This document shows, piece after piece, positions 50,196 through 59,661 of a stretch of 64,000 bases of DNA (its first letter is position 1; each line of letters starts with the position of its first letter). Source of the stretch: an uncultured Verrucomicrobiae bacterium (GTDB lineage: Bacteria > Verrucomicrobiota > Verrucomicrobiia > Chthoniobacterales > UBA10450); assembly GCA_963801815.1 (NCBI GenBank), contig CAWDGJ010000006.1, forward strand, positions 32,001 to 96,000, given 5' to 3'. The notes beneath the pieces are model-generated. The model saw nothing but the letters and a program-made list of their open reading frames with translations. It did not search any database and had not been told where the DNA came from. Both the position numbers and the translations under genes were made by a program.

Positions 50196-50501
50196 TTACA
50201 GTCCCGGCATTCCCAGGCCGCCGGTGATCTTTTTCATTTCGGATTGAGCGATCTCTTTGCCTTGATCAATCGCTTGCTGCACGCCGCTGAGAACCGCTTC
50301 TTCCAAAAATTCGACATCGTTTGGATCGACGATCTGCTGGTCAATCTTGATCGAAAGGATTTCGCCCGCGCCGTTCGCGGTAACTTTCACTTTTCCGCCG
50401 GCGGCAGTTACTTCCACGGTCTTCTCTTCGAGCTCGGCCTGCGTTTTGGCCATTTGTGCCTGCATCTGCTGCGCCTGTTTCATCAATTTGTTCAAATTCA
50501 T
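50196..50501 (-). CDS. ybaB: YbaB/EbfC nucleoid-associated protein
   Basis: LMKQAQQMQ, AGGKVKV..NG, D.EFLE, TGGL; downstream of dnaX. Confidence 0.93.
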   Translation of the reverse strand: MNLNKLMKQAQQMQAQMAKTQAELEEKTVEVTAAGGKVKVTANGAGEILSIKIDQQIVDPNDVEFLEEAVLSGVQQAIDQGKEIAQSEMKKITGGLGMPGL

Positions 50502-50560
50502 GGGCTTGGCTTAAGTCGTTAAATCGTCCCCGGCGATTGGCTCACCACTCGACACGTTAT

Positions 50561-52240
50561 TCATTTTCTGATTTCTCCCTTAAAAATTTCTAGGGCTTCG
50601 CGGATCAGCGGATTGTCCGCGTAATCCTCGGTTGGTTTTTCTGTGCTCGGCGGCAGATCGTTTTGCACGGTCAACTTCAGCGTCCAGTCTTTGCCGCTTA
50701 CTTCCTGAAGTAACGACTCAATCAGTTTGCGGTTGGTCGCCGTTCCCAGGATGTCCATCGGCGATTTCTGATCCGGCGAAAATCCGAGCACGAAGTAACG
50801 GCCTTCGCTTGGCAGAACATGCGCGACTGCGGCCGAGTTTCGGACGAATGCCTTTGTATTCGGAATCTTCGCGAAGGCGGTCTCCCAGATCTTGTTCAGG
50901 TCGGTTTCGCCGTTAGCGATTTCAGCGACGCGCAGTGTAGAGGCGGCCGGGCCTGCCACGTCGAAGCCAGGCGAAGGCGGGTCGGCCGTTCTTTTTTCCG
51001 ATGCAGACGAGACAGTGTCAGGGCGGCTCGCGTCTGCCTCCACCAAACGATTCTTGGCGTCAGGCGCCGCGCTTAGCGTTTTTTTTTCCGCGGTTGTAGA
51101 TCTTCCGTCGCGCAGTTCGCCGAGCTTCTCGATCACTTCATCGAGTGTCGCTTGACCCAAACTCTGGACTGCTTTGATAATCGCGACCTCAAAATGCAAT
51201 TTCTTATTAGGCGCCCATTTCATCCTGCCTTCCGCCTGCGCGAACTGGTCGATCAACTCCAGCAATCGCTCGTTCTCGATTAAGTCAGCCTGGACCGCGA
51301 GCGCTTTTTGCAATTCAGGATCGGCATCCTCCTTGAGCGCGTCCGGTTTGGCTTTGAACACGAGCAGATCGCGCAAATAAGAAATCAGATCCGACATCAG
51401 CCGCATCATGTCTTTGCCGGCTTCGGATTGTTCGTAAAGCACATCAAGGGCAGCCGCGGTTTCGCCGCGGAAAATTTTTCCAGTCAGATCGACCACGCTC
51501 TGCTCGCTGGTGAACCCGAAAACGTTGAGCACGTCCTGCTCGGAAATTTTCTCGCCACAGAACGCAACAAGCTGATCCAGCATCGACTCCGCATCGCGCA
51601 TTCCGCCTTCCGCGCCGCGGGCGATCGCATGCGCTGCCGCCGGCTCGAGCGTGATTTTTTCTTTCTTGGCGATGAATTGGAGATGGTCCGCAATCAGTTT
51701 CGCCGGAATGCGGTGAAGATCGAAACGCTGACAGCGGCTCACGATGGTTGGCAAAACTTTTTGCGGCTCGGTCGTCGCGAAAATGAATTTCACATGCGGC
51801 GGCGGTTCCTCGAGCGTCTTGAGCAGCGCATTGAACGCCGCCGTGGTCAGCATGTGGACTTCGTCGATGATGTAGATCTTGAAGCGAGATTTCGACGGCG
51901 CGTAGCGGACGTTTTCGCGTAATTCGCGGACCTGTTCGACGCCGTTATTGCTGGCTCCGTCGATTTCCAGGACGTCGAGCGAATTGCCGGCGGCAATCTC
52001 TTTGCAGTTATCACAGGTATTGTCCGGAGTAACGGTCGGCCCTTTCACGCAATTCAATGCTTTTGCCAGAATTCGCGCCGTCGAAGTTTTCCCAATCCCG
52101 CGCGGGCCCACAAAGAGGTAGGCGTGTGCCAGCCGGTTTTGGGTCACCGCATTCTTGAGCGTGCGCGAAACGTGAGCCTGGCCGACGAGATCATCAAACG
52201 TCTGGGGGCGATATTTGCGGGCGAAAACCTGGTAGGTCAC
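50561..52240 (-). CDS. dnaX: DNA polymerase III subunit gamma/tau
   Basis: ARKYRPQTF, GPRGIGKT, EIDGAS, IIDEVHML, LLKTLEEPP, SRC, GGMRDA. Confidence 0.97.
   Translation of the reverse strand: MTYQVFARKYRPQTFDDLVGQAHVSRTLKNAVTQNRLAHAYLFVGPRGIGKTSTARILAKALNCVKGPTVTPDNTCDNCKEIAAGNSLDVLEIDGASNNGVEQVRELRENVRYAPSKSRFKIYIIDEVHMLTTAAFNALLKTLEEPPPHVKFIFATTEPQKVLPTIVSRCQRFDLHRIPAKLIADHLQFIAKKEKITLEPAAAHAIARGAEGGMRDAESMLDQLVAFCGEKISEQDVLNVFGFTSEQSVVDLTGKIFRGETAAALDVLYEQSEAGKDMMRLMSDLISYLRDLLVFKAKPDALKEDADPELQKALAVQADLIENERLLELIDQFAQAEGRMKWAPNKKLHFEVAIIKAVQSLGQATLDEVIEKLGELRDGRSTTAEKKTLSAAPDAKNRLVEADASRPDTVSSASEKRTADPPSPGFDVAGPAASTLRVAEIANGETDLNKIWETAFAKIPNTKAFVRNSAAVAHVLPSEGRYFVLGFSPDQKSPMDILGTATNRKLIESLLQEVSGKDWTLKLTVQNDLPPSTEKPTEDYADNPLIREALEIFKGEIRK
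50937..51043. repeat. GTAG-type REP doublet with a nested CCCGCCTTCGC element inside dnaX
   Basis: Termini GTAGAGGCGG / CTGCCTCCAC; 50951-50981 is an inverted copy of the 16272 element. Confidence 0.75.
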
Positions 52241-52293
52241 GTGCTCAATCTAAATGCGTTGATCGGGCTGCGAAAACACAAAATCGAGAATTC

Positions 52294-52351
52294 AGACAGG
52301 ATTAACAGGATTTGTTTGATTGTAATCCTCTGAATCCCGTAAATCCTGTCT
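52294..52351. repeat. Inverted 9-mer array element
   Basis: AGACAGGATT AACAGGATT ... AATCCTCTG AATCCCGTA AATCCTGTCT. Confidence 0.85.
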
Positions 52352-52355
52352 AGTT

Positions 52356-52865
52356 ATGACTTATCGCCTTTTCTGCGGAAGCCTGTTCTTGCTTGCGCTT
52401 GCCGTCGCGCAAGCCCAGGCGCCTCCGCCATCCGAACTAAGAGATCCGTTTCTCGACAATTTCGTCGGTGACTGGCAGGTCGAGCGAAAAATGGGCAATG
52501 GAGAAACCACGCAAACGACGGTGCGCTGCGAATGGGTCCTGAAACATCATTACATCGAGCTCCATTACGGTGCCGGTGAAAGCGATCCGCAATACGAGGC
52601 GATGGTCTTCATTGGTTTTGTCGCCGCAGACAAAACTTATGTCTGCCACTGGCTGGATGTTTATGGCGCGGGTTACGACGCCCCTGGTCGTGGCAAGATC
52701 GACGATAAGCTGCTCGGTATCGAATTTCGCTGGGAATCGAAAGAAGGTGCGCTGACCAACAAGTTCACGTTCGATCCGCAAACGAAAACCTGGAATTCGC
52801 TCATTCGCCAGACCGAAAAGGGCGAGTGGAAAACTTTCGCTGAAGAAAAATGGGCAAAAAAATGA
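52356..52865 (+). CDS. Secreted DUF1579-like beta-barrel protein
   Basis: Signal peptide; L..FVG.W, EWVL...Y, Y...W.D..G. Confidence 0.7.
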   Translation: MTYRLFCGSLFLLALAVAQAQAPPPSELRDPFLDNFVGDWQVERKMGNGETTQTTVRCEWVLKHHYIELHYGAGESDPQYEAMVFIGFVAADKTYVCHWLDVYGAGYDAPGRGKIDDKLLGIEFRWESKEGALTNKFTFDPQTKTWNSLIRQTEKGEWKTFAEEKWAKK

Positions 52866-54064
52866 ACCGTTTCGCCCTTTTACTAACAGTCATGCTCGTG
52901 GTCGACGCATCTGCGCGTCAACCAGTGCCGTTACCCTCGAGATCAACCATTGCGCAGAAAAAGGTTCGCGCACGTGATCTCGGCGTTCCGTTCGACGGCA
53001 CGCCTGGTCCATTGAATGCAATCACCGACGTTGCTGGCGTTGAAGTTGGCTATACGACGCTGATCAACGGGGAAGGCAAACTGGTTGTCGGCAAAGGGCC
53101 GGTGCGCACTGGCGTCACGGCGATCATTCCACGTGGACACGATTCATTAAACGATCCGGTTTATGCCGGCTTGTTCAGCTTAAATGGCAACGGCGAAATG
53201 ACCGGCACAAATTGGATCGAGGAAAGCGGTTTTCTCGAGGGCCCGGTTGTAATTACGAACACGCACAGCGTCGGTGTCGCGCGTGACGCCGTAATCGGGT
53301 GGCGAATCAAACATGGCGCTGCGGACGCGAGCGGATATTGGTGGAGCCTGCCGGTGGTCGCCGAGACGTGGGACGGCTGGCTAAACGACACCAACGGATT
53401 CCATGTGAAGCCCGAAGACGTTTTTCATGCGCTCGATTCCGCACACGGTGGCGCGATCGAGGAGGGAAGCGTTGGCGGCGGAACCGGAATGATTTGTTAC
53501 GAATTCAAAGGCGGCAGCGGAACTGCATCGCGTAAGATCGAGATCAAGGTCGGAAAAGATAAGCCCGCGCAGAGCTTCACTGTTGGCGTCTTTCTTCAGG
53601 CGAACTTTGGGCGGCGCGCTCTGCTGACAATCGCAGGCGTTCCGGTTGGAAAAGAAATTCCCGGCACAGTTTACGGTGAAGACACCGGTTCGTGCATTGC
53701 AGTTGTCGCGACGGATGCGCCGTTGTTGCCAAACCAATTGAAACGGCTCGCACGGCGCGTTTCGCTTGGGCTAGCGCGGACGGGAACGATTTCCGGAAAC
53801 GGTTCGGGGGATTTGTTCATCGCGTTTTCTACCGCGAACAAGGATTCATGGGCGCCGGACCAGGTCACGCATTCGGTCCAAACGATCCCGAACGATTTAA
53901 TGGACCCGATTTTCACGGGTGTCGTGCAAGCGACGGAAGAGGCGGTCGTCAACGCGTTGGTGGATAACCAAACCATGATCGGTGCAAACAATCATCGGGT
54001 GGAAGCGTTGCCGCATGATCGATTGCGCGAACTCTTGCAAAAATACAGTCGCATCACGCAGTGA
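52862..54064 (+). CDS. P1 (DmpA-like) aminopeptidase
   Basis: RARDLG, NAITDVAGVEVG, NGNGEMTG, EG.VGGGTGM...FKGG, GS cleavage site, EEAVVNAL. Confidence 0.92.
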   Translation: MNRFALLLTVMLVVDASARQPVPLPSRSTIAQKKVRARDLGVPFDGTPGPLNAITDVAGVEVGYTTLINGEGKLVVGKGPVRTGVTAIIPRGHDSLNDPVYAGLFSLNGNGEMTGTNWIEESGFLEGPVVITNTHSVGVARDAVIGWRIKHGAADASGYWWSLPVVAETWDGWLNDTNGFHVKPEDVFHALDSAHGGAIEEGSVGGGTGMICYEFKGGSGTASRKIEIKVGKDKPAQSFTVGVFLQANFGRRALLTIAGVPVGKEIPGTVYGEDTGSCIAVVATDAPLLPNQLKRLARRVSLGLARTGTISGNGSGDLFIAFSTANKDSWAPDQVTHSVQTIPNDLMDPIFTGVVQATEEAVVNALVDNQTMIGANNHRVEALPHDRLRELLQKYSRITQ

Positions 54065-54432
54065 TAAGTTTCGAAGCGAACGTTCCGAAGAAACTACTCG
54101 AGATCCGTTACGGCGGCGTGGTCAGGGGCGAGGACTGCGAAAAAGGTCTGGAACAACTGCGCGCCGCCCTCGACCAGCTTGAAACCGGTTTTCGCGTTCT
54201 GGTCGATCTGACCGGGCTCGAGTTGATGGATGTGAAATGCGCGCCGTTTATCGAGAGGGCAATGGATCTCTGCAACGAACATGGCGCGTCGACAGTTGTA
54301 AGAGTCGTTCCCGACCCGCATCGCGATATCGGGATGACGATCATGTCGATCTTTCACTATCGCGGCGACGTGAGGATCGTCACCTGTCAGAGCATGGCTG
54401 AGGCGGACAAGATTCTTTCCGCGGAGACCTAG
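54061..54432 (+). CDS. Hypothetical protein (SpoIIAA/STAS-like pattern)
   Basis: GF.VLVDL..L and terminal SMAEA..IL; overlaps the upstream stop codon. Confidence 0.7.
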   Translation: MISFEANVPKKLLEIRYGGVVRGEDCEKGLEQLRAALDQLETGFRVLVDLTGLELMDVKCAPFIERAMDLCNEHGASTVVRVVPDPHRDIGMTIMSIFHYRGDVRIVTCQSMAEADKILSAET

Positions 54433-54498
54433 CATGACCCGGCATGGTCGTGACAGCGGAACTTAATACGATCAAACGCCGCGAATGAGCGCGCATTT

Positions 54499-54515
54499 TT
54501 GGTGCGAATTCTGCT
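54499..54515 (+). promoter_or_regulatory. Possible sigma-54 (-24/-12) promoter
   Basis: TTGGTGCGAATTCTGCT has GG-N10-GC spacing, about 150 nt upstream of the DUF1800 gene. Confidence 0.3.
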
Positions 54516-54662
54516 ATTAAATTCGCCGTGGCGCTTGCGATTTCCCCGCTCAAATCAGCGCCCGGACTTCTCCTGACTGGCGAAGCAACCGCGCCCTAAG
54601 AAACCTTGTAACCTGTGAGGAAATTGTTCGGTCATACCTCCGATGATTTGTCGGGCGCACTC

Positions 54663-57197
54663 ATGAAAAGGTCGAGGAGAAACCTTGGTCGATTAGGCGC
54701 CTTCGTTGTGATTGCGCTTGTTGTGATCGCTTCTCCCAGCCACCCGACCTTCGCGAAAAAAAACAAACCAACTCCGACCCCTACTCCCACGGCCACGCCG
54801 ACACCAACTCCAATCGTATCGCCGACGCCCACTCCAAGTCCCAGTCCAGGCTCGGCGGTGATCGTAACTCCTGCACCGGGATCAACCTTTTCTAGTTCAA
54901 CCGTTACTTTCCAATGGACGGCTGGCAGCGCCACCGCTTACATATTAACACTCGGTAGCAACATAAGAGGCATCGACATTTACTCCTCGAATGTCGTGCA
55001 AGTCACCTCAGTCACGGTCGGCAATATTCCCACCGACGGCCGGACGGTATATGCGACGCTTTACTCCCAGGTGAACAATACCTGGGTAAGTAACACCTAC
55101 ACCTACACGGCTTCGAACGGGTCTTCGTCACCAACCCCAACTCCTACGTCGACCCCAAGTCCGACAGTAACCCCGACTCCAACCGCAACACCAACCCCTA
55201 CGTCGACTCCAACTCCAACAGTCACCCCCACGGCCACTCCGATTCCGACAGCCACTCCTACGGCGACGCCCACTCCAAGTTCCACTCCGAACTCGGCAGT
55301 GATCCTAGTTCCTGCACCGGGCTCAACCTTTTCTGGTTCAACCGTGACGTTTCAGTGGACCGCCGGTGGCGCCACCGCTTACATATTAACGCTCGGTAGC
55401 ACCTTGAGAGGCATCGACATTTACTCCTCGAACGTGGTGCAAGTCACGTCAGTCACGGTTGGCAATATTCCTACCGACGGTCGGACGATATACGCGTCGC
55501 TTTACTCTCAGGTGAACAATTCCTGGGTAAGTAACACTTACACATACACGGCTTCAAAGGGGTCTTCGTCACCAACCCCAACTCCTACTTCGACTCCAAG
55601 TCCGACAGTAACCCCCACACCGACACCAACGGCGACTCCCACGGTGACGCCGTCTCCAACGCCGACCGGCACCCCCAGCTCTGGTGACGCTGCCCGTTTG
55701 CTGACTCAATCAACGTTCGGGCCCACGTCTCCGTTGATCACCCAGGTTCAACAGATTGGTTTCACTAATTTTCTCAATTCGCAATTTTCCATGCCCGCGA
55801 CGCGGACTGGACCGCGGGTCGACGCTGCGATCGCGGCATTGTCGACCGGGACTGACCCATCCTATTCGCTTTTTCAAGAAGCTTGGTGGTACACCGTGGT
55901 GAAGGCGCCCGATCAATTGCGGCAGCGCGTAGCCCTGGCGCTGAGCGAGATCATGGTGATCTCTGCCAACGGCAACGACATGTATCAGTACCCCGAGGCG
56001 TTGGCGACGTACTGGGACGTCTTAACGCAGGACGCATTTGGAAATTTCCGCCAGCTTCTCGAAGACGTGACGCTGAATCCGGGGATGGGCGATTTCCTCG
56101 ACATGGTCCATAACGACAAACCGAATTCGTACCGCAACACCGAGCCCAACGAAAACTACGCGCGCGAGATCATGCAGCTGTTCACGATCGGTCTTTACAA
56201 GTTGAACCAGGACGGGTCGCAGCAGCTCGATGGAAGCGGCCAACCGATCCCCACTTACGATCAGGATGTCGTGGAAGGTTACGCCCACATTTTTACCGGC
56301 TGGTATTGGTATCAAACTGGCACGCCGACGTGGTCGTACGTGTCGCCGGAATATCGCCATCCGATGATGGCGTTTGCAAGCCATCACGATACCGGCGCAA
56401 AACTAGTTTTGAATGGCGTGACGTTGCCCGCCGGCCAAACGCAAGCACAAGATCTGCAAATGGGCCTCGATGCAATCTTCAATCATCCAAATGTCGGCCC
56501 GTTTATCGCGCAACGCTTGATTCAGCGTCTGGTCACCAGCAATCCGTCTCCCGGTTACATTTCGCGTGTTGCCGGAGTGTTCGCGAACAATGGCAAGGGC
56601 GTTCGGGGTGACATGAAAGCAGTCGTGCAAGCGATCCTCCTTGATCCGGAAGCTCGCACGTCGACGGCCAGCAATAGTTATGGGCACGAACGAGAGCCGC
56701 TGGTTCGCCTGGCAAATGTTTACCGGGCGTTCAATGCGTCCGCTTCGAGTGGAAAGTTTGTGGTAAACAACGTGGACTTTAGTTTCGGCCAGGCGCCACT
56801 CTATGCGCCTAGCGTTTTCAATTTCTTTTCGCCGTTCTATTCGCAAGTCGGAGCGATCGAGAATGGAGGACTGGTTGCTCCTGAATTTCAAATAACCACC
56901 GACAGCTCGGTCATTACTTCTGCGAATAAAGCGCGGAGCGAAGTTTATCGGCAACCAAATCCGAGCAATCCAGACACGATCGTTCTCGACCTTTCGGCGC
57001 AGATCGCCCTTGCCTCGAACCCGGCGTCCCTGGTCGATTCGCTCAATGTTCTGCTGATGAGCGGACAGATGTCCTCGAATATGCGCTCGATTGTGATTAA
57101 CGCTGTGAGTCAAATTTCGTCCGCGAACACGCTGGAACGCGCACAAACCGCAGTTCATTTAATCGTCACTTCACCGGAGTTCGTCATCGAAAAATAG
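54663..57197 (+). CDS. DUF1800 family protein with signal peptide, Pro/Thr linkers and a duplicated beta-rich domain
   Basis: AARLLTQ.TFG, DQLRQRVA.ALSEI, FGNFRQLL..VTL.P.M, PNENYAREIMQLFTIG, HPNVGPF, APSVFNF. Confidence 0.9.
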   Translation: MKRSRRNLGRLGAFVVIALVVIASPSHPTFAKKNKPTPTPTPTATPTPTPIVSPTPTPSPSPGSAVIVTPAPGSTFSSSTVTFQWTAGSATAYILTLGSNIRGIDIYSSNVVQVTSVTVGNIPTDGRTVYATLYSQVNNTWVSNTYTYTASNGSSSPTPTPTSTPSPTVTPTPTATPTPTSTPTPTVTPTATPIPTATPTATPTPSSTPNSAVILVPAPGSTFSGSTVTFQWTAGGATAYILTLGSTLRGIDIYSSNVVQVTSVTVGNIPTDGRTIYASLYSQVNNSWVSNTYTYTASKGSSSPTPTPTSTPSPTVTPTPTPTATPTVTPSPTPTGTPSSGDAARLLTQSTFGPTSPLITQVQQIGFTNFLNSQFSMPATRTGPRVDAAIAALSTGTDPSYSLFQEAWWYTVVKAPDQLRQRVALALSEIMVISANGNDMYQYPEALATYWDVLTQDAFGNFRQLLEDVTLNPGMGDFLDMVHNDKPNSYRNTEPNENYAREIMQLFTIGLYKLNQDGSQQLDGSGQPIPTYDQDVVEGYAHIFTGWYWYQTGTPTWSYVSPEYRHPMMAFASHHDTGAKLVLNGVTLPAGQTQAQDLQMGLDAIFNHPNVGPFIAQRLIQRLVTSNPSPGYISRVAGVFANNGKGVRGDMKAVVQAILLDPEARTSTASNSYGHEREPLVRLANVYRAFNASASSGKFVVNNVDFSFGQAPLYAPSVFNFFSPFYSQVGAIENGGLVAPEFQITTDSSVITSANKARSEVYRQPNPSNPDTIVLDLSAQIALASNPASLVDSLNVLLMSGQMSSNMRSIVINAVSQISSANTLERAQTAVHLIVTSPEFVIEK
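54852..55615 (+). repeat. Intragenic direct repeat, about 323 bp x2 (offset 441 bp)
   Basis: 54852-55174 and 55293-55615 both encode SAVI..PAPGSTFS.STVTFQWTAG...NTYTYTAS.GSSSPTPTP. Confidence 0.92.
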
Positions 57198-57199
57198 CC

Positions 57200-58603
57200 A
57201 TGGAAATTTCACGACGCCGATTTATTCGCCAGGCGGCTTGTGCCGCTCTCGGCACCAGTTCAATTGCATCGACGGTTTGGAATTTGCGTGCGATCAATGC
57301 CGCAACCGCGCAGGCCATCAGTTCGACAGCCTCCGGCCCCGAGTTTCGCGCGCTAGTGTGTCTTTTCCTTTACGGCGGAAACGACGCCAACAACATGGTC
57401 GTCCCCATCGACGATGCGACCTACAACGTCTACGCGAATGCGCGCGGACCGATCGCCCTCGCCCAAAGCTCGTTGTTGCCGCTCAATCTGGTCACGCCGG
57501 ACCCGCAAGGGCGCAGTTTCGGAATCCATCCCAACATGCCGGAGTTGCAGTCGCTCTTTAATACAGATCGCAAACTGGCGATCATGGCCAACGTTGGCAC
57601 GTTGGTGGAGCCGACGACCGCCGCGCAGTACTTGAGCGGCTCCGCTAAGCTTCCGACCCAGCTCTTTTCGCACGCCGATCAACAAGTCGAATGGCAAACT
57701 GGCTGGGCGGACGGCCCACGAGCGACCGGCTGGGGTGGGCGGCTCGCCGACCTCCTGACTTCGTTCAACAACCTCGACACCATTTCGATGTCGATCTCGC
57801 TCTCAGGCTCGAACACGTTCCAGGTCGGCAATCAGGTCAGCGAATATCAGGTTTCGAATCAGGGACCTATCGGTCTTACCGGCTTTGGAAGTAAGGACGG
57901 GCAGATCCGTTACCAGGCGGTGCAGGATTTGTTGAACCTGCCGCACCAAAATCTTTTCGAAGCCGAGTTTGCCAGGATTACCAACCGGGCGATCACCAAC
58001 AACGCGCTCCTCACAACCGCGCTAACAGGCGTGACGTTGAATACGCCGTTTCCCGCGAGTTCGGATTTGAGTGATCAATTACAAATGATCGCGAAGATCA
58101 TTGCCGTTCGTGACGCGCTCGGCATGCGCCGCCAAATTTATTTCTGCTCCGTCGGCGGCTACGACACTCACAATGACGAGCTCGCGACTCAAAACAATCT
58201 TCTCACTGAGCTGAGCCAGTGCATGAACGCATTTTATCAGGCGACCAAGGAGCTTGGCATTGCCGATCGCGTCACGCTGTTCACCGCTTCCGATTTCAGC
58301 CGCACGTTTCAGTCAAACGGCGGCGGCTCGGATCACGCCTGGGGGAGCCACGCATTGATTCTCGGCGATTCGGTGAAGGGCGGCGATATTTACGGTGCCT
58401 ACCCGACAGTCGCAATCGATGGACCGGACGATATCGGCGAAGGTCGCTGGGTGCCGACGACCTCAGTCGATGAATATTCATCCACGCTCGCGAAGTGGTA
58501 CGGCGTCTCGAGTCCGACCGATCTCGCCACCGTGCTGCCGAACATTGGTCGCTTCGCGAATCCAGATATCGGGTTCATGAATCAGCTTCCGCCACCAAGC
58601 TAG
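57200..58603 (+). CDS. DUF1501 family Tat-exported protein
   Basis: SRRRFIR Tat motif; LVCLFLYGGND, LFSHADQ, GGYDTH, SDFSRT...NG.GSDHAWG. Confidence 0.92.
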   Translation: MEISRRRFIRQAACAALGTSSIASTVWNLRAINAATAQAISSTASGPEFRALVCLFLYGGNDANNMVVPIDDATYNVYANARGPIALAQSSLLPLNLVTPDPQGRSFGIHPNMPELQSLFNTDRKLAIMANVGTLVEPTTAAQYLSGSAKLPTQLFSHADQQVEWQTGWADGPRATGWGGRLADLLTSFNNLDTISMSISLSGSNTFQVGNQVSEYQVSNQGPIGLTGFGSKDGQIRYQAVQDLLNLPHQNLFEAEFARITNRAITNNALLTTALTGVTLNTPFPASSDLSDQLQMIAKIIAVRDALGMRRQIYFCSVGGYDTHNDELATQNNLLTELSQCMNAFYQATKELGIADRVTLFTASDFSRTFQSNGGGSDHAWGSHALILGDSVKGGDIYGAYPTVAIDGPDDIGEGRWVPTTSVDEYSSTLAKWYGVSSPTDLATVLPNIGRFANPDIGFMNQLPPPS

Positions 58604-58610
58604 TTTGATC

Positions 58611-58658
58611 TGGGGAGCGCACGCGCCTCGCGTGCTGTTCGCGGCGCCTCGCCGCGAA
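58611..58658. repeat. Double-hairpin palindromic element between convergent genes
   Basis: GCACGCG-CCT-CGCGTGC then TTCGCGGCG-CCT-CGCCGCGAA; both loops are CCT. Confidence 0.7.
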
Positions 58659-58662
58659 TGAC

Positions 58663-59568
58663 TTACTTCTCCGCCGCCCGATATACCAGGAATGCGGCAG
58701 CGATGTCTTCGACTGCCATGCCTAACGACTTGAAGACCGTCGTGTCGTTCGCACGCGAGGGAACTTTTCCGGCCAACGCTTCGCCGAGTTCGGCGTAGAT
58801 CTTCCCGCCGGAAAGGATCACGTCGCCGGATTCCTTCATTGCTGCTTCGCGCGAATCGACAAAGAGAACGCTGTTTCGGATCGCGTCGTCATCGAGTTCG
58901 CGCCAATCGTGCCGGCAGGCACCGACCGCGTTCACGTGACAGCCATGTTTTAGCCATGCGCCGCGCAAGACCGGCGTCTTCGAACTTGTGACCGTGACGA
59001 TGACGTCGGCTCCGCGCACCGCATCTTCCGCTGATGTTACTTTCGCGCCAATCTCATCGGAAAAGGTTTCTGCATTCGATTTCGTCTGGCTCCAAACGCG
59101 GACCTCTCTGAAATTCCTGACGAGCCGCAATGCTTCAAAATGACTGCGCGCCTGAACGCCGCTGCCAAGAATTGCCAGCACCGCGGCGTCTTTCGGCGCG
59201 AGCAGTTTCGTCGCCGCCGCGGAGACTGCCGCAGTTCGCATCTCTGTGATCAATCGCCCATCCATTACTGCTAGGGGCGCGCCGGTCCGCGGATCGTTGA
59301 GAATGATTAACGCCATGTGGGTGGGAATTCCTTTGGCGGCGTTCGGCGGATAGAACGTGACAATTTTCTGCCCGAGGCCGTCCGGCGTCAGAGCCGGCAT
59401 GATTCCATAAAATCCGCCGGGCGGATCGACGGAAATCACTTGCCGGACCGGCTGCGTCACTTTTCCGGCCGAGAAATCGATCAGCGCTTTCTCCATCACT
59501 GGAATCAAATCCGCCATGCGCAAGTGTCGTCGGACCTGGTCCTCGTCGAGAAAGATCGGCGGATTCAT
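58663..59568 (-). CDS. Ornithine cyclodeaminase / mu-crystallin family protein
   Basis: IT..RTAAVS, ILGSGVQA, G.HVNAVGA, VFKSLGMAVED. Confidence 0.92.
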   Translation of the reverse strand: MNPPIFLDEDQVRRHLRMADLIPVMEKALIDFSAGKVTQPVRQVISVDPPGGFYGIMPALTPDGLGQKIVTFYPPNAAKGIPTHMALIILNDPRTGAPLAVMDGRLITEMRTAAVSAAATKLLAPKDAAVLAILGSGVQARSHFEALRLVRNFREVRVWSQTKSNAETFSDEIGAKVTSAEDAVRGADVIVTVTSSKTPVLRGAWLKHGCHVNAVGACRHDWRELDDDAIRNSVLFVDSREAAMKESGDVILSGGKIYAELGEALAGKVPSRANDTTVFKSLGMAVEDIAAAFLVYRAAEK

Positions 59569-59661
59569 CAGGAATATGGGGTTTGATCGGGAATTTGAAT
59601 CTAACCGGGCGCGGGGAACAAGATTAGCTTTACCCGGAGCCAATTTAGAGGAATTCTTCTC

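Noticed and set aside
50196..50560. Absence of recR after dnaX-ybaB
   Set aside because: Gene order varies among bacteria, and recR may lie elsewhere.
54765..55680. ACTCC/ACCCC-rich periodic DNA as a possible CRISPR or satellite
   Set aside because: Encodes Pro-Thr linkers; no constant repeat with unique spacers and no cas genes.
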